A stretch of 63,231 bases of DNA, the filler included, from Klebsormidium nitens (Eukaryota; Plantae; Klebsormidiophyceae): assembly GCA_000708835.1 (NCBI GenBank). It is 4 parts of 4 records of this genome, joined end to end, with 100 filler letters (N's around TTAATTAATTAA, not from the genome) between each part and the next. Parts side by side here need not be neighbours in the genome. Positions count along the whole stretch, not along the records: positions 1 to 26,136 come from DF237840.1; positions 26,237 to 48,465 come from DF237896.1; 2 more parts are not named here. One strand, written 5' to 3'. The notes under the pieces are model-generated. The model had not been told where the DNA came from. It searched no databases and was given only the letters and a program-made list of their open reading frames with translations. Made by a program: the position numbers and the translations under genes. Shown in pieces: positions 23,301 through 36,194 of the stretch. Position 1 is the first letter of the stretch. Each line of letters begins with the position of its first letter.

Positions 23301-25388
23301 CGGTGACGTCCACGCTGGGCGACAGCACCCCCGAGGGCAGCCTGCGCGGGGGCTCCCGCTTCCTCAGCGCGCCCACGCTGGACCCCCTCACCGAGGAGGC
23401 GGAGCCGGCGGTGCTGTACGCGCTGAACCCGAAGGAGCGCATCCCGTTCAAGCTCATCCGCAAGGACGTGCTGAGCAAGGACGTGCGCCGCTTCCGCTTT
23501 GCGCTGCAGACCCCGCAGCACCGGCTGGGCCTGCCCGTGGGCAAGCACATGTTCCTCAGCGCGCACATCGACGGCAAGCTCGTCATGCGCGCCTACACGC
23601 CCACCTCCTCCGACGACGAAGTCGGCTACTTCGACCTCGTCATCAAGGTCAGTGCCATGACACGCCCGGCCACACCAACGCACGGCCGGCCTGGAACATG
23701 CGTCCCGGTATCCTGTGGGAACACTTTGCACTCAGGCCGAGGCCCAGGACCCCGTGTGCCCCGCTCGTTCGATTGCATCTCGCTCCAGCCGCCCTGGCAG
23801 GTGTACGTCGATCCGTCCTGTGCTTGTGCCGCGCGCGTTCCCCGCGCCTGACGCATGTCTGCCCGCGTGCAGGTGTACTTTGGCGGCGTGCACCCCAAGT
23901 TCCCGGCGGGCGGCCTGCTGACGCAGTACCTGGACGGGCTGGCCATTGGGCAGACGGTGGACGTGAAGGGCCCCGTGGGCCACTTCGTGTACCACGGCAA
24001 CGGCGCCTTCAGCGTCAACGGCAAGCGCAAGCACACCGCGCGCATCAGCATGCTCGCGGGGGGGTCCGGCATCACGCCCATGTTCCAGGTGCGCCACCCC
24101 TGCGCTCGTCCTCCTTGGCCAGCCCCGTGCACATGTAGCTGCTCGTGACGCTTTTGTCTGGAGATTGATGGCCCTTGGGACTGGAATGCTTCGAGCTCGT
24201 GACTAAAGGCGTTTTGGTCCGGCAATACCCTGTTGTTGTCTGGGATCAGCGTGCTCGAGTGGGTCTCGGTCGGCTTGGCATCAACCGCTGACGGGCTGCG
24301 GGGTGCGGATGTGCAGGTGCTGCAGGCGGTGCTGAAGAACAAGGACGACCCGACGCGGCTGGCGCTGCTGTACTGCAACCAGACGGAAGCCGACATCCTG
24401 CTGCGGGAAGAGATGGAGGCGCTAGCCGCCGCCAACCCGNNNNNNNNNNNNNNNNNNNNNNNNNNNNNNNNNNNNNNNNNNNNNNNNNNNNNNNNNNNNN
24501 NNNNNNNNNNNNNNNNNNNNNNNNNNNNNNNNNNNNNNNNNNNNNNNNNNNNNNNNNNNNNNNNNNNNNNNNNNNNNNNNNNNNNNNNNNNNNNNNNNNN
24601 NNNNNNNNNNNNNNNNNNNNNNNNNNNNNNNNNNNNNNNNNNNNNNNNNNNNNNNNNNNNNNNNNNNNNNNNNNNNNNNNNNNNNNNNNNNNNNNNNNNN
24701 NNNNNNNNNNNNNNNNNNNNNNNNNNNNNNNNNNNNNNNNNNNNNNNNNNNNNNNNNNNNNNNNNNNNNNNNNNNNNNNNNNNNNNNNNNNNNNNNNNNN
24801 NNNNNNNNNNNNNNNNNNNNNNNNNNNNNNNNNNNNNNNNNNNNNNNNNNNNNNNNNNNNNNNNNNNNNNNNNNNNNNNNNNNNNNNNNNNNNNNNNNNN
24901 NNNNNNNNNNNNNNNNNNNNNNNNNNNNNNNNNNNNNNNNNNNNNNNNNNNNNNNNNNNNNNNNNNNNNNNNNNNNNNNNNNNNNNNNNNNNNNNNNNNN
25001 NNNNNNNNNNNNNNNNNNNNNNNNNNNNNNNNNNNNNNNNNNNNNNNNNNNNNNNNNNNNNNNNNNNNNNNNNNNNNNNNNNNNNNNNNNNNNNNNNNNN
25101 NNNNNNNNNNNNNNNNNNNNNNNNNNNNNNNNNCTGCGGGAAGAGATGGAGGCGCTAGCCGCCGCCAACCCGGACCGGTTCCAGATCTGGTACACCGTGG
25201 ACCGCTCCGAGCCGGGGTGGGCCTACAGCACGGGCCACATCAACGAGGCCATGATGCGGGACCACCTGTTCCCCGCAGACGAGGAGTCGATCGCGTGCAT
25301 GTGCGGGCCACCGGGGATGATCAAGTTCGCGTGCATACCCAATCTCGAAAAGATGGGCTACGCAGCCGACCACTACTTCGCGTTCTAG
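20357..25388 (+). CDS. NIA: Assimilatory NAD(P)H nitrate reductase (Moco, dimerisation, cytochrome b5 and FAD domains); multi-exon; spans an assembly gap
   Basis: [92 protein letters not shown] in GCCGCCATG context at 20357. TAG at 25386-25388. Confidence 0.97.
24440..25133. other. Assembly gap whose flanks overlap by 39 nt
   Basis: 24401-24439 is identical to 25134-25172. Merging the two copies gives continuous NR sequence ([18 protein letters not shown]). Confidence 0.85.
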
Positions 25389-26938
25389 CCACGCCCACAC
25401 CGGGTGCCCCAGTGTTGCATAGAAGCTAGGGTAGACGCAAACCTGTACAAAATTGAGTAAGCATCGAACCGTAGCCAAAGAAATTAAAACAGAGCACACA
25501 AAAATGTAATGTTTATGGTCCCAATTGTCCGTTCACCAAAGCCATCCAAGTTGGTAGTCTGTCGATCTTCTTATTGTATGAGATTCTAGCAGCAGATACA
25601 GCTACTATTAGCTGATTCCCTGCAAAGGTGCAAAACAGCAGGATCATTGTAATTGGAAATTGAAGTTCATGCCGGTCTGCAAACACGGCTTTTGGTTTTG
25701 GGACAAGCTCGCGCTTGTGTATCCGCGTTAGCTTTGAAGACGTGCATCCACGTTCTCTCCCCGTTCGCTACTGTGCGAATCATGCGTGCACTCATGTACA
25801 ACTTTTTCAGTCTTCGAAGAGGTGTAAGAAAGTCGGAAGTCGTGTCACGTTCACATGGTTGAGCAGTGCTGCCTTCATCGATCCATTTTCCGACTAGATT
25901 GATGGCGACTGTTTCTCTCGTTGGATCCGCTCATCACACTGCAATCATTCAATAGTCAACTTCGGGACATGAGCGGTCACTTCCGGTTTGTTGTACAGTC
26001 CATGAGGCGTAATGCGTTGATCGAGCGAAGCTGTGCCAGCGAGACTGGGGTAAATGGAGTCAACCGGACTCTTCCGCTATATAGCATGTCCTAAGATTGA
26101 ATTTCCGCGTGTCGTGCCGTGATGAGTCGAGGCTGTNNNNNNNNNNNNNNNNNNNNNNNNNNNNNNNNNNNNNNNNNNNNTTAATTAATTAANNNNNNNN
26201 NNNNNNNNNNNNNNNNNNNNNNNNNNNNNNNNNNNNCATACCTTTGTACCTTGGTCGTACGGTAATCACCTAGGCTCAGCAGCCTGCCAGCAGCACCGAA
26301 CTGCATTGCATGAGGAAGTGGGGCCACTGGCGGTTGCAATACCGGTAGTTGGAATTAAAACTCAAATCCTCATGTTTTTGACCTAATACGGGCACATTTT
26401 GCATTGGTACAGCCTACAGGTGCCCACCCGGGAAGCTTATAAGCAGGCACACCGTTACGGGAATATGACACTTGTCAGAGTCTTGCTCAGCTTTGGCCGT
26501 TGTCCCCACCTTGTCCAGACCGGATCCGAGTGTCAGACTTGGAACCCAATTGGCAGAGGATCGTCCTTCATTGTCACATTTTAAGGGTACCCTTCTCGGC
26601 TTGGGCAAGGCGTTGCAAAGGACCTCTGTAGGTTGGCAATTGCAGCGAGGGAAGGACGCACTTTGGTGGCGGAAGTGGCAGGAAGTGCAAGACCGGAGAC
26701 GGGTGGAATAATGAGAGCGCTGGCCGCAGCATCAAAAATGGCTGCTTGCTGACCCGGGACGCCTGCGCAGGGGGCAAGGGCATGTGGCGGGTATGGGACG
26801 GCCTCTAGTCGTAGAGAAAGCAAGCCAAGAGGGTTGCCACCTGAGTCATTGCTACACTGCAAAGGTGTGCTCAATAGACTCGGCTAGGTAGAGCAAGGTT
26901 CCATTCTGTGAGCCAGACGAAGCAGATTGCACGAGACT

Positions 26939-28507
26939 ATGGATGATAATAGCGTCGATGACATCATCAACCGATTGCTTGATGTGAGAACAGGGCGCCC
27001 TGGCAAGCAAGTGCAGCTCTCGGAGGCGGAGATTCGCAGCCTGTGTATGACCTCACGGGAGATCTTCCTGCAGCAGCCGGTGCTCCTGGAGCTGGAGGCG
27101 CCAATCAAGATATGCGGTGAGGGTGTATTGCCAATTGCAGCGCACAAAACCCTAAACTGTGAAGTCCTCCCTCCCAGCAGCCGCCTGTGCCCGTTACCAC
27201 CTGCGGTGGCCCCACTGTATCGCCAGCAGCGCTAGGGTTTGCAAGCAGGCTGGATTTTTGCTGGGGCAGGCGGTTGGGGTGCCTGTGTTTGACTGCAACA
27301 GTTCATGCCAGGAGTATGCTCAATGTGAGGTGTTGAGTTGCCTCTTTCCCCGGTTGCTTGACTGGCGCTGTGTGTGTGCAGGGGATATCCATGGGCAGTA
27401 CTCGGATCTGCTGCGGCTGTTTGAGTATGGGGGCTTCCCACCTGAGGCCAACTATCTTTTCTTGGGAGACTACGTGGACCGCGGCAAGCAGAGCCTAGAA
27501 ACCATCTGCCTGCTGCTGGCATACAAGATCAAGTACCCGGAAAACTTCTTTCTGCTGCGCGGCAACCACGAGTGCGCGAGCATCAACCGGATATACGGCT
27601 TCTACGACGAGTGCAAGCGGCGCTACAACATCCGGCTCTGGAAGGTCTTCACCGACTGCTTCAACTGCCTCCCCGTGGCTGCACTGATCGACGAGAAGAT
27701 TCTGTGCATGCACGGCGGCCTCTCCCCCGAGCTGCGCAGCCTGGACCAGATCAAGAAGATTGCGCGCCCCACCGACGTCCCCGACGCGGGCCTGCTGTGC
27801 GACCTGCTGTGGGCGGACCCCGACAAGGAGGTGCAGGGATGGGGGGACAACGACCGGGGCGTGTCCTACACCTTTGGCAGCGACACCGTGCAGGAGTTCC
27901 TGCAGAAGCAGGACCTCGACCTCATCTGCCGAGCGCACCAGGTCAGCCGCCGCCCCAACACTGCCACCCTGCTGCGCTGCGCTGATGCCCGCTTGATCAC
28001 TGCTGCCGCCGTGCAGCCACTGTCGGCCCGGTCCTGCGGGGCCCCTGGACTGCTTTACCACAGGTTGATTTGTGCATCCCTCTATGCATGCCCAGTGCGG
28101 TGCTGCTCCCATGGCACTGGGCCCCTGGTCATCCCGTGTGCACACCTGCCCTGGGCGGTGCAAGCTGTCCTGATGCCAGCCCCAGTGTGATGCCCTGCTG
28201 CTTGCGCGGCCATCCCGTGTGCTGCGGCTGCGCTGGGTGGGTGGCTGACGCGCGGGGGTGTGGCGTGGCGGCGGTGCAGGTGGTGGAGGACGGGTATGAG
28301 TTCTTTGCCAAGCGGCAGCTGGTGACCATCTTCTCCGCGCCCAACTACTGCGGCGAGTTTGACAACGCGGGGGCCATGATGAGCGTGGACGAGACCCTCA
28401 TGTGCTCCTTCCAGATCCTCAAGCCGGCGGAGAAGAAGGGCAAGTTCGGAGGTGCATCCGCGTACGGAGGGGGACGGCCAGGGACACCACCTCGAAAAGC
28501 AATTTGA
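26939..28507 (+). CDS. PP1: Ser/Thr protein phosphatase 1 catalytic subunit; 3 coding exons (26939-27116, 27382-27941, 28280-28507)
   Basis: [39 protein letters not shown] and SAPNYCGEF. Exons join in frame. Confidence 0.97.
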
Positions 28508-31500
28508 CAGGTGAGATCGTGTGCCTCGCTTGAACCGTTGAAGAGGGGGCTGTTGTTGGCTGCACTGCGAGGAAGAAGAACATGGCTGCACTCTGAGCAA
28601 GAAGTGTTCTTTGGAAGGGCGAAAGAGAAAGGAGCGTTGTTGGCACAAGGTGGGCCTGCGCTGTGGGGGGCTGATTGATGATCCGACATCATGCTTGTTG
28701 TCTTTGATGTTCCAGCCTCTCATGCCAACTTTTTCAACTTCGTATTATCACCACTGAAAAAGGGTGAAGGAGATTTGATGTCGGAAACCAGAAGCATGGA
28801 CTCAAGGGAAAGTGCTTGGCTGCGCGTCGAGGTCTGCACTTTCGACACCTCCTGCGTGGCAAGCGTGCTGATAGGAGACTTTGCATTCTTTCCTTCCCTA
28901 TACTGTTTCCGCTAATGCAATGGCCACGACATTGTTCTATTAACCTCTCCTGTCGCTCAAGATTTCATAGAGTTGAAAATTGTCATGCAGGTGCGCGACA
29001 TTCTCGGAGCAGCCAGCGGGCAGTGTGTTAGCAGCGATCAGGCAACGGCCGACTGCGCCAGTGCCTCATTATCGAAAGCCACGGGGCCAGACTCTGGTGG
29101 AGGCCGCCGGAGGGTTCGACCTACAACCCTTCTCCTGTAAAAATGTTCTCAAGGGTCTCACCCTTGTGTTGGTTGGACGAGTTAAGCACCATATGGTGCG
29201 CTTCAGTCGACTCGTGTCCTTTTGAAGAGGTGTAGGGCGGATATTTGAATCATCTTGGACAAAAAGGTTTCTATATGTGACGATCACAACTAGGTTAAAG
29301 AGAGTGTTTGCAAGTTGTTGTCGCCATTATACATATGTCGGTCCACATATAATTTGTCAACATCTTTTACAATAGTTGGTAAGTGGCTTCTGCTTTGATG
29401 CGTGCTGCGTGTGCCCCTTTCATGGTTAGCAAAAGTCACAAAGCTAAACTCGCTTACGGAAAACTGCAACAAGACTTGATCCGTCACTCAGGATGACCAT
29501 GATCTTTTTGTTGCACCAAGTCGACTTCTTATGCGGTTCTGGATTTTTGCGATAGAATGTTGGTAACCGATTGGAACAAGCACCAGCGCGATTATATGGC
29601 ATTGCATGTCATCCCGGATACATTTATCTATGACTCGCTCATAATGTACATATGCGATGCAAACGCCCCGGTCGGAGGCTAGTCGCATTACGCAAGCTTT
29701 CCCGTGTTAACATCTGATTGATGCTTCCGAGACAACCTTGGTTCCAATATTCGTAATGTCGCGTTGATCTTTTCTTTAATCAATCCTTCAATATCAGAGA
29801 CGTGGCTTAGCTGAGCATGAATTGCCGACATACCAGCGTGATACCAGCCTTTTCCACCTGAAGATTACTTCTGGCATGTTTGAGGTTTCATTGAAGCGAT
29901 TGCAATCTAAACTAGACAAACCTCCCAATGCAGTGCGCCCGGAATATGGTTCAGGGTAGGACGCCCGGGCTGCGTAGTACACCATAATTCATGCAGTCTC
30001 TTATCCACCTTGTCGAGCGTGCGCGCTTCTAGGGACATGCGAAGTGAGCACGGGGACCCGTTATTTGAGGGCGTGACCAACTCAAAACGGTGGTGTTTGT
30101 CATTTCAAAGGCGTCAAAATCCGTGCCAAATATTTGTCTGAAAAACAGTCATCGGTGATGAGTACGTATCACAAAGCCTCTTAGTAATTATTGCAAGGTC
30201 ATAATACGTAATTAGTATTATCTTGACTGCGGCCTTAAAATATAGAAAGTGGGAGCCCGGTCGAGTCGACCATCAAACCCTTTCTAATGCTACTAGAGCG
30301 TTTAGGCGCTCTAATTGTCCATAGCTTGACAAACATAAATCATTTAGCTAAATAAGGCCTTAAATTGGCATATACTATAAAGTTGCTTTAGTATATTCAA
30401 CATACAATCCCTAACCTAGGCGCAAGCATTTGAAGTGATTGGGGTTGCAGGACTCAGAATCATTGACGATGGTTCGCCATTATTCGTTAGTTGATTACTT
30501 TGTTGGCCGGTTGTTTTGTCTTTATCACATACATATTCTTCCATAGCTAGCGTTTAGAATTGCCAGTTTCAAGTATGCGGCAGCGAATGACGCGGATCAT
30601 ATAGAAGCAATGACAAAACTTGACGAATTTTGACAGAATGAAGTCGATAGAGAACATGCGCGCAAAAAACTATATTGGCTCGAATTGAGTAGTGTCCTAA
30701 CCTTCTTATTAATCAAGGATATCGATAAGATTCTGCGTATACTTCGTATAGTATAATCACACGTTGGCTCGCATGCATAAAACTGGTCAAGCTTTCATCT
30801 GATCTATTATTCTTAATTTCTCGCAATAAACTCATACAAAGTAAGAAACATTTTTACATTACGCATATCGAATTTTCGAAGTTTCAATTTAGCTACCGGC
30901 ATTGACGTGGTAACTCGAGAAACCGTCATAAGGATCTTATGCATGATTGTTAACGCCGTGCTCTATAGGCACATTGCTCGGTTGCTAGAATGAGCTGATA
31001 GAGCCAATTCATATCTCTATATGACTACCTTGTCATTGTTTGTCCCAGAGACAGAGACTCTGCGCGGCAAGATCTCGGTTATTGCTGCCCAAGACGGCAA
31101 GTACTTGTTAACAGGTATGTAAGATGTACTTGACTTCCGACCCAATGCATTATGATCCCCAACTTAGTAGGGCCCGCGCTCTACGTACAAGCGGCCCAAT
31201 TTTATTTATGCGTAAATCCGGCGGGGGCCATTGTAAGATGATGGTCTAGGGTTAACCATGCATCGATTCGTCAATTTGATTGTGGGTCGCTAGAAGTGAA
31301 TCAAGAGCTTGATCCCTTGATGAGCAGATCGATCACTTCACACCATGAAACATTTTGTAATCTGGGCGCCCATTAATCAATCACCTAGAGGACAAATGGC
31401 ATTTGAAATGTGCATGAATTGCCCTTCGATTAAGTTGGCGACATGTTCCTCGTTTTGAGTCTTGTCTTGATTAAGCTACGATTGCTTACGGAGGAAAGTA

Positions 31501-31863
31501 TGGCATCAGCTTTGCATACAGATATTGCAATCTCGATCATTTCGATATATGCATCACGATTGTGCCTCATGCATATTTGCTTCCACCCTATCTCCTTAGC
31601 AACAATGCGGCAACGATCCAATCGAAATCGACTCGATCGAACCCAAACTAGGTGTGTGTATATAATCAAGACCGTGAAGCGCGTGACAAATATTGACAGT
31701 GGTTTGTTTCAGCTTTTTGTGTGATGCCGACTCGGGCATTGTTACAACATGTAAAGCACTCAAGGAAGAGTTGGTCAATGTGATATATCAGTAAAACATG
31801 CATGTGTTGAAAGTTCGATGAAAACCATGGCGATCCACCAAAGATATTCTCCACAGATGGAAG

Positions 31864-33816
31864 TCACAAGATGTGCCACTGTGTTTCGAAAGTGTTGCAG
31901 ATTCGGCCAATGCAGCATGCTCCGCTTAGGGGGAACTCCGATACTGCAAAGATGGAGTCAGGAATAAATTAGATAACAACCTCGGATCCGGACGTTTGTG
32001 CCGTCACAGACGCGAGCGAGGGGTGCAGCCGAAAGTCAGGTGCAGCCGTAGAGCGCCTGGTGACCATCAGGGAGCACGGACAGAGGGCGTACCTGCGACC
32101 ATCTCGTCGACGTACTGCGCCTCGACCTTGCCGTGCGCCATGGCGCCCACCTGCAGCAGCAGCAGCCAAAACGGCGGGCAGTGCGTCAGCGCGAGTTGTG
32201 CCGCACCGGCTGCTCTTGGACGCCCTGTCTAGCGAGGCAAGGGGCGGAGGGCCAGGTCGGGACCGGGCCGCCGGGGTGCCCCAAGCGGGGCTTGTGCTCA
32301 CTGAGAAGCCGCTTCATGATTAGTGCTGAGAGAGGTATGCTCAAGACGACTCGTCGGTCTGCTCCAGTGGCGCTGCTGTGACTAAAGGGGCAGTTGCGCA
32401 GCCGGCGCGCAGGAGCCCCCCATCACCGCATGGCGCGGGGCAGGGCGGGCGGGGTTGGGGCGAGGCGGGGCGCACTCACCACAAAGGCGACGGTGGACGC
32501 GGGCGGCAACGCGGCAACGTACTGCGGCAGGAAGACGACCTTGGGGGAGCTGTACGAGAGGCCTGCACGCAGCCACACCGCGCGCGCCTCAGTGGCAGAG
32601 CCTCTACTCAGGACGAGCGGAGCACAGCAGGCAGAGGCGCACCAGGCGCAGTGGGAAGCTGGGCAGGCCACAAGTGAGGCAGAGCAGAGGGTGGGGGCTG
32701 ACCGACGCGGCGCGTGGCGGGGGGCAGGTACTTGGTGACGGGGTGCTTGACGACGCGCAGCAGCTTGTCGGGGCCGTTGCTGGCGCGGATGCTCAGCTTC
32801 TGCAGCAGCTGGACTGCACGCCCGGCCAGGCAGCGCGGCACGGTCAGCGGGGGGAGAGGACGGTGCGAGGAAAGAAGGAGAGCAGCCGTAGGAACAAAGG
32901 AGTTCGATTCTGAAGACCATCTAGAGAATGGAGGACATGGACCAAACACAAGGGCACTCCTTGCGAATGACAGATACCACCAAGTAGAGGTGCCTCAGGG
33001 TAGCAGGTGCTGGCGGGGCCGGCGGCTCTCCCTCGCCCCACCGGACACAGCCGGGCAGCAGGGGGCGGCGCGCGAGAGTGGCGCGTGGGGCGGGGCCCGT
33101 ACCCATGAGGCCGCAGAAGCGGCGGAAGGTGCGCGGGATGCGCAGGTGCGGGTTGACCTGGATGAGCACGTTCTTCTCGGTGGCCACGAAGATGGCCCGC
33201 ACGCGGCCGGCCTTGTTGAGCGGGCTGTCCAGGATGGCCAGCAGCTCCTGGTGCAGAATGTCGGGGCGGTACAGTGCGGGGTCGCGCCCGTGCTTGCGCA
33301 AGAAGTTGGCGTGGTCGTCGCAGTTGAGCAGCACGTACCCCTGCACCCACACCCGCGTGCGCCGCGCTCAGAAAAACAACGAAGTGCACCCCTTTTGGGT
33401 CCGCCTTCAAGACAGCTGCAGTACTGAGGACTGGGTTTGTAGCGGCACCAGTAGCCTGGTGGGGACGGGCGCCAGCAAGGCGTTCGCAGCGGGTGGCCTG
33501 CCCCCTGAAAGTCCAGTGCCAGGCTGTAACCCACTGCGAGCATGGCCGGCCCTCCCCTGCTCCGCCCCGGGCATGGTGGCACACTCATCAATGGACCGCC
33601 CCCCACTGCGTCAACCGGTGGCGCCAGCCCCCCCATTGGTGGCGGCCCAGGGCACGTGGGGCTCACCTTGCCGACCTTGGCCGCCTCCAGGGACGCCTTC
33701 TCCAGGATGAAGATCACTCCGCCCTCAGCATCGCCACCGGCCGTGCTGGCCCCCTCCCCGCTCGGCACCCGCGCTGGCCGTTCTTCTGGCGGCCCTGCAT
33801 CGGGGGCCTCCGCCAT
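31864..33816 (-). CDS. EMG1: 18S rRNA pseudouridine methyltransferase NEP1/EMG1 (SPOUT); multi-exon
   Basis: [67 protein letters not shown] and [15 protein letters not shown]...WHIL*. Confidence 0.95.
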
Positions 33817-34274
33817 GGCGACTCGTACGCAGGGGCCCTGCTCACCCCCGCAGTCAGTGGGGGGTTCAACAGGAAAGGCTAGACCGAGAGGACCCTGTGA
33901 GCAATGATGCGCTGCCTGCTAGAAAAGATGAGTTACTTCGACGTACCTGCATCAGAATCAATGGCAAATCGGAGGGGCAACACCACTACTATTGCCCCAA
34001 ACAACAAGCAGCCACGTGAAGAGACTACGAGACGCAGAAGACGGCTGAATGAGCTTTCAGAACGCTGAAAATGGTCTTCGATCAAACAAATGCAAATGTC
34101 TCATGGTTCAACTTTCCTATGCGCGGATCATTTGACTCTGGCACCCGAGAAAGACTCTGAGACGGTGAACACCAGTAGACTCGCCATCCTAGTTTTGGGA
34201 CCCAGGCGGTAACGACAAAATGACCATTGCCATTGGCCTCAGCCTGAGTCCGAGTCAGTGCCATTGCCATCATC

Positions 34275-34300
34275 ATTGGCATTGGCCTGCCAATGCCAAT
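34275..34300. promoter_or_regulatory. Perfect 12-bp inverted repeat of tandem CCAAT boxes in the EMG1-RPF1 divergent intergenic region
   Basis: ATTGGCATTGGC-CT-GCCAATGCCAAT is directly visible. A regulatory role is inferred. Confidence 0.5.
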
Positions 34301-34502
34301 AGCTGGCGCCTTGACTCTTGAGGCTTGCGGTCAAGCATTGCGTGCATCAATCACTTCTCTAGGACTACCGTAGCTGGCATTCGCCTTCCGCCCGCTGCTT
34401 GTGCCAGAGTGCTGCGAGTTCTTTTCTTGCTATTCTACAGGACGTGCTCGTCTGATCGCTGACGTTTGGCGTCCGAGTGTGTGTCTGCTTCGGTGGTGCA
34501 GC

Positions 34503-36194
34503 ATGGCGGGGGGAGGGGAGGGGCGGGCCCCCAAGCGGCGGGGTTTGCCTTCGGGTATTAAAAACAAGGTGAAGCGGGGCGAGGTGCACGCGCGGGTGCA
34601 GCAGGAGAAGAAGAAGGAGAAGAAGCAGCGGGTGCTCAAGAGGAAAAAGGAGGAAGAGGCGGCCGTCGCGCTGGGCGAAGCGGTGAGCACGCCGCGTGAT
34701 TGACGAGGGGGGAGAGGCCGGGGAGGGAGAGACCTGCTCGTCGCCCCATGCTTCTGGAACCTGTGTCTTTCTTGTTTGTGGACAAACCCACTGAATGACT
34801 GACACTCAGGCCGTGTCTCTTGCTCTTGCCAGCCACCCCCGAAGAAAATCCCCCGGACCATTGAGGGGACACGCGAGGTGGACGACACCCTGGTGCGCCC
34901 GGATGATCAGGAGGTACGCACCAGTGCATACGGCGTCCACTGGTCCTGTGGCGCCACACGCTAGTGGGCTGAAGCTGCCAGCGGGGGCGCACTCGCTTGC
35001 ACTTCTTTGAGACTGCTTGCGCTGATGCTCCTTGCGATTGGCGGGGGACTCCCACCTTGCATTGCTGACCATGCAGCAGGCAGGGCAAGCCAGGCCGCCA
35101 CCTAGGGACCTTCTCTGGGTCTGAGCATCGTGGTCCTGCTAGAGCGCCCTGCTGCTGAGGCGCGTCCGGTTGCGTGGGGGTGCAGCTGCAGGCGGAGGAG
35201 GCGCAGGACGAGTTCAGCGGCCACTTTGCGCGTGCGGTGGCGCCCAAGGTGCTGGTGACCACGTGCCGGCGCCCGTCCAAGGGCCTGCTGCGCTTTGTGG
35301 CGGAGCTGCTGGGCCTGCTCCCCGGCGCGCACTTCTACAAGCGCGCCGACTACGCGGTCAAGCAGATGGTGCAGTACGCCACCGCGCGCGGCTTCACTGC
35401 GCTGCTCGTGCTGCACGAGAACCGCAAGCGGCCCAACGGGCTGCTCCTCGTCAGCCTGCCCGCGGGCCCCACCGCGCACTTCCGCCTCAGCAGCCTCAAG
35501 CTGCGCGCCGACATCCCCGGCGCGGGCCGCCCCACGCGCCACATCCCCGAGCTCATCCTCAACAACTTCTCCACGCGCCTCGGCCTGCGCGTCGGCAGGT
35601 ATGCCGCCCCCACCCCCACCATAGAGCAGGGCAAGTGCAGGCACTCCCTTGAGACAGGCGCTGCTGAGGATGCTGCGGGGAGCGGGGCGGGCATGCCGAC
35701 GGGGAGGTGGCCGCAGGTGCGCCGGGCCTCACTGGTGCGCGTGTGTGTGCGGCTGGCGTGCAGGCAGCTGGCGTCGCTGTTCCCGCAGGCGCCGCAATTC
35801 CGCGGGCGGCGCGTGGTGACGTTCCACAACCAGCGCGACTACATCTTTGTGCGGCACCACCGGTACATCTTTGAGGAGCGCGGCGGGCGCAAGGGCGGGG
35901 CCGACCCTGGCGCGCCCGTGCTGGCGCGGCTGCAGGAGTGCGGGCCGCGCTTCACGCTCAAGCTGCTCAGCCTGCAGAAGGGCACCTTCGACTCCAAGGC
36001 TGGCGAGTACGAGTGGGCGCACAAGGTGAGCAAGGCGACCTGCCCCACTCTATCCTAACGCGCATGCTCTGATGGCGCTGCACGACGGGGCGTGGCGGTG
36101 CGGCAGGGCGGCCGCGGGCTGTGGGCGCTGACGGGGGTGCGGTGTGGCTGTGCAGTCGGACATGGACACGAGCCGGCGGCGCTTCTTCCTGTGA
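34503..36194 (+). CDS. RPF1: Brix-domain ribosome biogenesis factor RPF1-like; multi-exon
   Basis: IKNKVKR basic N-terminus, PRTIEGTREVDDT, PKVLVTT, GPTAHFRLSS, PELILNNFSTRLG, RRVVTFHNQRDYIFVRHHRY, LQECGPRFTLKL and RRRFFL* (TGA 36192-36194). Confidence 0.93.

Noticed and set aside
26181-26192. TTAATTAATTAA inside N-runs (also 48510-48521 and 60660-60671)
   Set aside because: It is an identical six-frame-stop spacer centred in scaffold gaps, so it is an assembly linker and not biological.
18400-29000. Nitrate-assimilation gene cluster around NR
   Set aside because: No nitrite reductase, NRT2, NAR2 or Moco-synthesis motifs were seen. The neighbours are AHASS and PP1.
28900-31800. Short ORFs in the AT-richer spacer between PP1 and EMG1
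   Set aside because: They are 60-80 aa with no motifs or host-like codon bias. Treated as intergenic or decayed sequence.
33817-34502. Telo-box (AAACCCTA) typical of plant ribosome-biogenesis promoters
   Set aside because: I found no exact match on either strand in the EMG1-RPF1 spacer.
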